This document shows, one piece after another, positions 7,278 to 13,777 of a DNA stretch of 20,000 nucleotides. The stretch lies in IMG/VR virus record IMGVR_UViG_3300026116_000007; one strand, written 5' to 3'. The notes beneath the pieces were generated by a model. The model worked only from the letters and a program-made list of their open reading frames with translations, was not told where the DNA came from and did no database searches. The number at the start of each line of letters is the position of its first letter. The first letter of the stretch is position 1. A program made the position numbers and the translations under genes. The DNA is from an uncultured virus (IMG/VR IMGVR_UViG_3300026116_000007) (taxonomy: Duplodnaviria; Heunggongvirae; Uroviricota; Caudoviricetes).

Positions 7278-7514
7278 CACACAGGTACATCCAGAGAGTC
7301 GACTCATTTATAGTTGAGTAACCTATCACCTATCAATGATAATCTACTCTGGGAGCTTCTGTGTGCCACTGTAAGTTTCATACCCGTGCATTCGTTCAAT
7401 AAGGATACCTTATAAAGAGACCGACCCTACTACCATCGTACTAGTCGACAAAACGTGGATGTGGCTAAGGCGACTTGCGGGAGATTTCGGGCGAACCGAA
7501 CTGCACGGACCGCA
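7278..7514 (+). ncRNA. Structured intergenic region: three-way junction (7278-7365) plus a pseudoknotted element (7384-7514)
   Basis: Stems CACACAG/CTGTGTG, CCAGAG/CTCTGG, ACTCA/TGAGT, TATCA/TGATA; then CCGTGCA/TGCACGG, ATAAGG/CCTTAT, AGTCG/CGACT, TGCGG/CCGCA, TTCGG/CCGAA. No ORF covers it. The strand of the second element is ambiguous. Confidence 0.45.
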
Positions 7515-7562
7515 ATCATTGATGGAACTTCCATCTGATAATTTTATGTAAGGAGAAAAATA

Positions 7563-7946
7563 ATGAAAATCATAAAGAAGGAAACTAAGGAAGACATTCG
7601 TGCACGAAAGCAGCGAGAGCGTGAACTGAAGATTGCTGAACGTGAAGAGAAGAAGGCCGAGCGAGAGCAGAAAAAGCAGGCTCGTCTCGAAAAGAAAGAA
7701 CTTCGCGAGGCAAAGCTACGCATTCAAAAACTGCCTGCCAAAAAGATGACCCCCGCTCAGGTCAAGACCGTTTTGACCATCATCGACCCTGATGAAAAGT
7801 TTTCAGCAAAGAAAACCAAATCAGTCAGCGCACGAATCAAACAGATTGGGGACCTAAAGCCTGGAGTTATCTCTAATCGTTTACGAGCTCGTCAAGCTCA
7901 AGTCAATATGATACAGGCAATTTTCACTGTTGTAACTGGAGAGTAA
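7563..7946 (+). CDS. Basic Lys/Arg/Glu-rich coiled-coil protein
   Basis: RBS AAGGAGA; 127 aa; highly charged N-terminal half. Confidence 0.75.
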   Translation: MKIIKKETKEDIRARKQRERELKIAEREEKKAEREQKKQARLEKKELREAKLRIQKLPAKKMTPAQVKTVLTIIDPDEKFSAKKTKSVSARIKQIGDLKPGVISNRLRARQAQVNMIQAIFTVVTGE

Positions 7947-7948
7947 AA

Positions 7949-8176
7949 ATGAATACACCTAATCTAAAGAAAGTCAAGTTGTCAAGTCTCAATGCGAGAA
8001 CACGCGATATTGCCGAATGTTTTGCTCTTGCTTGGGGGACCAAGGTTATAACAAATGAGCAGGAGGTTTACGTTTCAGAAAAGGAAACGAACCTACGCAA
8101 AATTACGGTCATTTACACTGATGACGGTTATCGCATTGATGAAAATACGTCTATGCCCTTCCGCCTTACTCACTAG
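7949..8176 (+). CDS. Hypothetical protein
   Basis: RBS GGAG; 75 aa. Confidence 0.7.
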   Translation: MNTPNLKKVKLSSLNARTRDIAECFALAWGTKVITNEQEVYVSEKETNLRKITVIYTDDGYRIDENTSMPFRLTH

Positions 8177-8190
8177 AAGGAACTAGGTAA

Positions 8191-8373
8191 TCTTTTCAGT
8201 CGTGGTTCGAGAGTAATTGAAAAGAGGGGGATGACAGGGACAAGCCAGTCCATGCGTCTACTACTTGCTGTTCAACCTACGCTAAGAGTCTTGAGGTACG
8301 AAAGGCCCAGTTAATCAAGATGCAATTAGTAGGAGTAGCCAGAACCGACCCTGATGGGACGCTGTGAGATTGG
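8191..8373 (+). ncRNA. Pseudoknot RNA motif, copy 1
   Basis: Leading hairpin 8191-8225; GACAGGGACAAG at 8233; CAGGG/CCCTG (8349-8353) crosses CCAGTC-CAT-GCGTC/GACGC-T-GTG-A-GATTGG; long inserted hairpin 8261-8338. Confidence 0.7.
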
Positions 8374-8389
8374 ACAAGACATTTACCAT

Positions 8390-8591
8390 CTGAGTTTCAC
8401 TTGTAGAAAGAAACTCAGTAGACAGGGACAAGTAGTCCATGTGTTGAACGTTTAGCAGTGTGCTGAGTCTAGCGATATTTGCAGGTGTTGAGAATGAGGA
8501 AACTCATTTGAGCCCAAATAGGAGGTAGTTCGAAGCATAACAAATTGCATTGCTAACAACAAACGACCCTGACGCAACGCTGTGGGACTAT
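8390..8591 (+). ncRNA. Pseudoknot RNA motif, copy 2
   Basis: Leading hairpin 8390-8418; GACAGGGACAAG at 8421; CAGGG/CCCTG crosses TAGTC-CAT-GTGTTG/CAACGC-T-GTG-G-GACTA; insert closed by TTAGCAGTG/CATTGCTAA and containing AATGAG-GAAA-CTCATT. Confidence 0.7.
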
Positions 8592-8607
8592 ACGTTTATC
8601 TTATATA

Positions 8608-8754
8608 TGCAGTTGACCTCTATGAAATCAGATGGAGGCTCTGCAAGAAAGGAGGTTCCTACCGCTCTTCATAAACTATAGGCACGGGCTTGACCCGAAA
8701 GTAGCCACTGATTGGTAATCAGTCCGACCTCGACGTGGGAGGTTGATGTTTATG
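8608..8754 (+). ncRNA. Hairpin plus four-way-junction structured element
   Basis: TGCAG/CTGCA with CCTCTAT/ATGGAGG; then CATAAAC/GTTTATG closing GGC..CGGG/CCCG..GCC, ACTGATT/AATCAGT and CGACCTC/GAGGTTG. Confidence 0.5.
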
Positions 8755-8981
8755 ATAAATGCTAAACTTTTTCCATAGAGTAAATGAGAATAATTATAGA
8801 ATGCACGTTGTAAGACAATGGGTTACCTCTATCCTATATAAGCGACAATTACAAGCTTATATAAAATGAGTGAAATGACAAGTGTCAGAATAAATATCGG
8901 ATGGCAAACACTGTGAAATCATTCGAGCTTGTCAATTTGAATTGAATGAAAATAAAAATACACCAAGGAGTAAAGATTAAG

Positions 8982-9839
8982 ATGGCTAAAACAATTAGTA
9001 AGACTAAGACAAAGTCAATTATCCGCAAAGGTCCAGCCTCTGGCAAAAAGTCAAATGACTTCATCGTAGTGAAAGAGGATGAGCCCGCAACGATTGTTCC
9101 CATTCTGCCCACAGGTGAAATCAATTCGATTGACCTTCACGCCTTTTGGGCCATCAACCCAGCGGTGACCTTCGCTTGCATCAAGGGTAGCGACGATGCG
9201 GGCGATGGCTGCCCTGGCTGCCTGCTGGGAGACAAAGCCGGTTATCGTGCATTCCTGCCGGTCCTCGATGCTGAGGGCGAGCTCAAAGTGTTCCCTTTTG
9301 GAATTTCTGTTGAGCGTCAGTTGGTTACCCTCGAGGATGAACTTGGGACAATCGTTGGAACAAAGCTTCGTGTTAAACGCACTGGGAATGGTTTGGCAAC
9401 CAAGTACCAGGTTATCAACCTCGGCAAAGAGGTCAAGATTGACGTTGATGAAGATGATGCAGCCAAGTTTGTAGAGGCTCACATCGAAATCAAAGACCGC
9501 GACAAAATCGTTGACGAGCTCACCGCAGCTGGCCTTATGGGTAAGAAAAAGAAGAGCAAGCTGGCTGAGGAAGAGGACGAAGACGAGGATAATGACGAGG
9601 AGGAAGAGGACGATGATGACGAGGAAGTAACCCCCGTCAAGAGCAAGAAAGCAAAGGTGGTTGAGGAAGAGGATGATGACGAGGATGATGACGAGGATGA
9701 TGACGAGGATGAGGAAGACGAAACTCCCGTCAAAAAGTCCGTCAAGAAGGTTCCAGCTAAGAAAGTACCAGTCAAGAAAGCTGCTCCAGTAGCTAAAAAG
9801 CCGGTTAAGAAGAGTAAAAAGAGCGATGATTGGGAATAG
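8982..9839 (+). CDS. gp32-like single-stranded DNA-binding protein with a long acidic/basic low-complexity tail
   Basis: H...C...CPGC putative zinc site and RTGNGLATKYQV motif typical of phage SSBs; first gene of the replication operon; ends in DDWE. Start placed at 8982 after AAGGAG (alternative 8946). Confidence 0.75.
   Translation: MAKTISKTKTKSIIRKGPASGKKSNDFIVVKEDEPATIVPILPTGEINSIDLHAFWAINPAVTFACIKGSDDAGDGCPGCLLGDKAGYRAFLPVLDAEGELKVFPFGISVERQLVTLEDELGTIVGTKLRVKRTGNGLATKYQVINLGKEVKIDVDEDDAAKFVEAHIEIKDRDKIVDELTAAGLMGKKKKSKLAEEEDEDEDNDEEEEDDDDEEVTPVKSKKAKVVEEEDDDEDDDEDDDEDEEDETPVKKSVKKVPAKKVPVKKAAPVAKKPVKKSKKSDDWE
9669..9710 (+). repeat. 12-nt tandem repeat (GAGGATGATGAC x3.5) encoding EDDD
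   Basis: Read directly from the sequence within the SSB tail. Confidence 0.85.
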
Positions 9840-10296
9840 TCTCGACGACCTTCTCAAACTTCAAACTGGTCTTATGCGTATTTTGGGAGTTGACCCTCTG
9901 TCGGGAGCAATCTCGGCAGGGGGTAAACCCTCTATGACTGAGCTTGGAGCAGCTATCAGCATAACGTGTGAGTCAGCCGAAATTCTTGAAGCAATGGAGA
10001 AGGCTGGACGAAAATGGAAAGAAAAAGAGGGTAGTATTGAGGCTGAGGTGAAAGAGGAGCTAATAGATGTAGTATTCTTTGTCTTAGAGTTAGCCATCCT
10101 TCTGAACCTCACTGGTGAACAACTGGCTAACCTCTACGTTGAGAAGTACAAAAAGAATTTGCTTCGCTACTTAGAGGCCACAGCTAATAGTGGTGGAGTA
10201 AGCAGTCTGCTTGTCTCAGCAATGGATGAACAATTCGGATATGCTGAGACAGAGAAGATTATCAAAGAAGCACTTGGAATAAAGGAGGTCAAATGA
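9826..10296 (+). CDS. All-alpha NTP pyrophosphohydrolase (dimeric dUTPase/dCTPase, MazG-like fold)
   Basis: ESAE...RKWK...EELIDVVFF...YVEKYKKN matches the ExxE / KxWK / EExxD pattern of dimeric dUTPases and T4 gp56-like enzymes. Confidence 0.75.
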   Translation: MIGNSLDDLLKLQTGLMRILGVDPLSGAISAGGKPSMTELGAAISITCESAEILEAMEKAGRKWKEKEGSIEAEVKEELIDVVFFVLELAILLNLTGEQLANLYVEKYKKNLLRYLEATANSGGVSSLLVSAMDEQFGYAETEKIIKEALGIKEVK

Positions 10297-10916
10297 GTGG
10301 ACTCGCCCCCTACCTTCTTGGTTGTTCAGCCTGCACACAGTGCGAAGGGGCAGCCTACCAGCTGCCTCCATTCCTTTATGCAGGGTCAAGTACTCCAACT
10401 GTTTTGGTTATGGCCCAAAATCCAGGTGAAATAAAAGAGGATTGGCGCTTGGATTTATCAAAGCTTATCGATGAGAAGACCACAGGTGAAACACTCAAGA
10501 CTATCTATGATATAGATTTCATCACCTCTCATGGTCACAAACAGATGACTAAAATCTTTGGAGATACTTGGCTCACAAACGGTAAGTTCATGTATACGAA
10601 TGCAGTTCGGTGTAGGACTAAAGATAATGCTCCTCCATCAAATGAGATGATTGAGAACTGTTTAGCGTGGACTTACCAATTACCAATCCCACAAATTGTT
10701 ATTCTCATGGGAAAGATTGCAGTGAAACAATTCTGCACAATGGTAGGAAAAAGTGAACTCCCTCTTTGGAGGACTGTGAAGCTCACAAGGTCAAAGTCTA
10801 AAGTGACTTATGTTACAACTATGCCGCATTATTCAGCTATGAGGTCACACTCAGATTTTGATGATGCTAAACGTCTCTTTGAGAAAACCCTTGAGGATGC
10901 CGAGGTGGTGTTATGA
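10293..10916 (+). CDS. Uracil-DNA glycosylase superfamily protein, family-4-like (Fe-S)
   Basis: CSACTQC, motif A variant MAQNPG, TNAVRCR, PSNEMIENC, LMGKIA, motif B variant MPHYS. Confidence 0.8.
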   Translation: MSGLAPYLLGCSACTQCEGAAYQLPPFLYAGSSTPTVLVMAQNPGEIKEDWRLDLSKLIDEKTTGETLKTIYDIDFITSHGHKQMTKIFGDTWLTNGKFMYTNAVRCRTKDNAPPSNEMIENCLAWTYQLPIPQIVILMGKIAVKQFCTMVGKSELPLWRTVKLTRSKSKVTYVTTMPHYSAMRSHSDFDDAKRLFEKTLEDAEVVL

Positions 10917-12196
10917 AAGCAAAGAACATCATCCTTGGCGGAGGTTTCGCTGGCCTACAATTAGCCTCGCTGTTGAATGACTCTATTATCATTGAAGCAT
11001 CCCCTTCAGTAGGTGGACTTTTGAAGTCCTTCAAATCAGATAGTGGACAATTCACGTTCGACATTGGCGGCCACGTCTATACAACGAAGGATGAGCTTCT
11101 CAGCGACATCATGCATGACTCAAATCCGAATTACTTCGCTGAGCGAAAAGCATACTATGATTATCAAAGACAAATCCCATATCCAATTCAGTACCATGCT
11201 GATGAGCTTGGAATAAAGCTAATGCACACTCCCAGCGAAAGACCTCCAAGCTTAGCCTCACTACTCATCCACGAATTTGGTCAAGAGTTCTATGAAAAAG
11301 TTTTAGGGCCGTTCAATAGGAGAGTATGGTCAACGAGTCCTAGTCAGATGGACACTGATTGGATTGATGGACGCATCGCAAAGATTAGTGAATTTGGGAA
11401 TAATTGGGGAACAAATTCATCCTTCTATTATGCTTGTGGCGAAGATATCCTTGAAACAATGAAAGCAAGACTTCGACTCACTGGAACTCGTATCTTTACC
11501 GACTCATCAGTCATCGACATAAAGCCTAATGATAAAGAGCTCTATGTCGATTGTGTTTTCCCAGCAGTCTATAAAGGGACAATCACGTATGAGCATCTAT
11601 TCGACACAACTGGGATGCTTCTCAACATGAATGACCAAATCCTTCCACACAATGATGTCCTCACAATTGGAATTGGTCTAAACCGAAAACTCGACGTTGA
11701 CTTCCACTGGTGGTACAATTCAGTTGAGAACACATCCCCAATTCATCGCATTACCCTACTCAGTAGGTATAGCGAAAAACTTGCACCTGATGGAGTGGAC
11801 TCTCTCCTCATCGAAATCCCATACAAGAACTATAACAATAGGGACATCTATGAAAGTGAAAATGATAATGAGTACTTCTCAAGAATTGGGGTACTAAGCC
11901 TGCTTCGTAGAGCAAATTTCAACTTCATAGATGATAGTAGCATAGAAGAGATAGTCAAAATCAGGTCAAAAGGGTATCCAATTCCTGTTATAACACATCG
12001 CACCAAAGTTGCAATTGCAAGGAAAAATTATGCAGAGAATTGTGCCTATTTAGTTGGTAGATGGGGAGCCCATGGGTACTACAACCTCGACCACATCATT
12101 CATGACGCAATTTCAGCAGTGAGTGCTTCACATAATGAAAAAGTTGAGGACTACTATTGGGCAAATCATTACTACAAAGAGAAAAGGAGATTTTAG
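10913..12196 (+). CDS. FAD-dependent UDP-galactopyranose-mutase-like flavoenzyme
   Basis: GGGFAG dinucleotide fold, FDIGGHVY, IPYPIQ, PFNRRVW, WIDGRIA, NWGTNSSFYY, GYPIP and GRWG..YNLDH follow, in order, the motifs I recall from fungal/trypanosomatid-type UGM (DVGGHVIF, PYPFQ, PYNFKVW, WxxERVA, WGPNxxF, GYPxP, GRFG..NQDH). Confidence 0.75.
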   Translation: MKAKNIILGGGFAGLQLASLLNDSIIIEASPSVGGLLKSFKSDSGQFTFDIGGHVYTTKDELLSDIMHDSNPNYFAERKAYYDYQRQIPYPIQYHADELGIKLMHTPSERPPSLASLLIHEFGQEFYEKVLGPFNRRVWSTSPSQMDTDWIDGRIAKISEFGNNWGTNSSFYYACGEDILETMKARLRLTGTRIFTDSSVIDIKPNDKELYVDCVFPAVYKGTITYEHLFDTTGMLLNMNDQILPHNDVLTIGIGLNRKLDVDFHWWYNSVENTSPIHRITLLSRYSEKLAPDGVDSLLIEIPYKNYNNRDIYESENDNEYFSRIGVLSLLRRANFNFIDDSSIEEIVKIRSKGYPIPVITHRTKVAIARKNYAENCAYLVGRWGAHGYYNLDHIIHDAISAVSASHNEKVEDYYWANHYYKEKRRF

Positions 12197-12197
12197 T

Positions 12198-12809
12198 ATG
12201 CTGTACATTTTTGAAGGGCCACGTAATAGCGGCAAAACAACTACTATCAACACGACACTTGCTTTGCTGAAAGAAAGCGGGAGGACGGCCTACACGATAA
12301 AATTCCAAAGGACCGCAAGACCTGCTCCTCCCGTCTTCATGATTGACTTTCTCACCAGGAACTACCTCGCTCTCATTGATAGCAGGTCAATCTGTTTGCT
12401 TGATAGGTTCCACCTCACTGAATTTGTGATGAGGACTCTTGATAAAAAGGTAGATACTCACGTGCTCGTAACAACTACTCATATGATTGATGAAACGCTT
12501 CGGAACATGGGGGCAGTAACTTTCATTCTCGAAGCAACCGCTGAGACTCGTCAGGCTCGTCTGAAACTGAGAGACGTTGACCACAACAAAAAGGAGTGGT
12601 TATCATATGATGAGCTTGACACCACTTGGACGTATGCAAGAAAGATTTTCAACGAGAGCGAAACTCGTATTCGCAAAATTGAAAATCGTGATGATGGCCT
12701 CAAGTTGGCTAGGGAGATTGTCAAGCATGTTGATGGAGGGAAACTTCTCAACGAGAAAATCCCTTTTCTCCCTCCAATCATAATCAGCAATGAGGTAGTT
12801 TTAGCATGA
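12198..12809 (+). CDS. dNMP (thymidylate-like) kinase
   Basis: MLYIFEGPRNSGKTT P-loop, LDRFHLTE, lid region RLKLR. ATG at 12198 after AAAAGGAGA is preferred over 12123. Confidence 0.82.
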   Translation: MLYIFEGPRNSGKTTTINTTLALLKESGRTAYTIKFQRTARPAPPVFMIDFLTRNYLALIDSRSICLLDRFHLTEFVMRTLDKKVDTHVLVTTTHMIDETLRNMGAVTFILEATAETRQARLKLRDVDHNKKEWLSYDELDTTWTYARKIFNESETRIRKIENRDDGLKLAREIVKHVDGGKLLNEKIPFLPPIIISNEVVLA

Positions 12810-13777
12810 GAACAATCCTCTACTCTACATGGGAGCCAGGACTTACCGGTAATACAAAAAGTTCTGGTGGTGGAGCTGCATGGACAAAGTATCTCTGGGG
12901 TTTCCTTGAAACAAATGGGTATAGCATTGTTGCTCCAGGGATAACTAATCCAGACTCAGTCGAACCAACCCAACCTGTTGATGCAGCCATTTTCTGTTGG
13001 AGATGGTTGTTACCAGATGCTCCTCAATATAAGGAGCGGAACCTTTTGTATGATAGACAAAATTATCTGATTGGCTGGTGCTTTGAAAATGCAATACCAG
13101 TCGTCATACATGACCAGGACTTGAAGATGCTTTCCGTTGAGCGTGAGTGGCTGAAGAAAAATGGAGCCATCATCGCTACTCCATCTTTATTTCCTGAGAC
13201 TGGAGAAATCTCTTTACACTTTCCAAATCCATACGAGTTTGAACCACTCATTCAGGGCTCAACTGGTCTAACCTACATTGGGAACAATTATGAAAGACTT
13301 GACCAAACATTCAAGTTGATTGAGCCCTTTGCACATGAAGTCCACACAACCTTCTATGGAAATTGGATTGAGCCAGGTTATGATAGGGACCCAAGTGTGA
13401 TAAAAGGGTTACTACCAAATGTTCATTTTATGGGTAGACTTCCACAGGAGGATGTTATCACCACATTGAGAAAAGCAAAAGCGACGGTGATGCTCCATAA
13501 GCCTGAATATGGACCGCGTGGATTTGTTACCATTAGATGGGCTGAGGCAGCATCTGCAGGTGTCCTCCCGTTTATCCCAGCTGAGTTCAATCTACCAAAT
13601 CAATATATCTATTCATTGAGCAGGCTGCGTGTCTCTGAGAGTGCCGAGATGCTAGAGGCCTATAATCAGATAGGAGAAAACGAACGCAAAAAACTGATAT
13701 ATCAATTACGGCGATTTGTCGTTCACTATATGTCCCCAGTTCCTTGGATAAAACTTTTAGAAAGGATAATCGTATGA
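12806..13777 (+). CDS. GT-B glycosyltransferase resembling T4 DNA beta-glucosyltransferase
   Basis: The C-domain YIGN..FYGN..FMGRLP..KPEY..FVTIRWAE..IPAEF..V.ESAEM parallels T4 BGT as I recall it (YGGS..FFGN..FTGKIP..KNY..FITLRVWE..IDEEF..VNNRAEL). HDQD lies at the expected catalytic-Asp region. Confidence 0.75.
   Translation: MRTILYSTWEPGLTGNTKSSGGGAAWTKYLWGFLETNGYSIVAPGITNPDSVEPTQPVDAAIFCWRWLLPDAPQYKERNLLYDRQNYLIGWCFENAIPVVIHDQDLKMLSVEREWLKKNGAIIATPSLFPETGEISLHFPNPYEFEPLIQGSTGLTYIGNNYERLDQTFKLIEPFAHEVHTTFYGNWIEPGYDRDPSVIKGLLPNVHFMGRLPQEDVITTLRKAKATVMLHKPEYGPRGFVTIRWAEAASAGVLPFIPAEFNLPNQYIYSLSRLRVSESAEMLEAYNQIGENERKKLIYQLRRFVVHYMSPVPWIKLLERIIV

Noticed and set aside
7288..7372. SAM-I riboswitch (ATCCAGAG) or cobalamin riboswitch (GCCACTG) fragments
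   Set aside because: Only isolated short words match. The remaining consensus elements (GCAACC/GUGC; GGGAA and the B12 box) are missing.
7384..7520. Minus-strand HDV-like ribozyme (CGAA before a 7-bp P2)
   Set aside because: The P3/L3 region is too long and there is no P1.1 GG after P1, so the fold does not thread.
8233..8591. CRISPR array, TIGR-like array or canonical group I intron
   Set aside because: Only two long units with split conserved blocks and no regular short repeat-spacer period. The intron-like elements are out of canonical P-Q-R-S order and no interrupted exon flanks them.
9051..9857. 268-aa minus-strand ORF, and the other minus-strand ORFs in the track
   Set aside because: Antisense shadows of + strand genes, here caused by low-complexity GAR/GAY codons. 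No recognisable motifs, and all supported genes are on the + strand.
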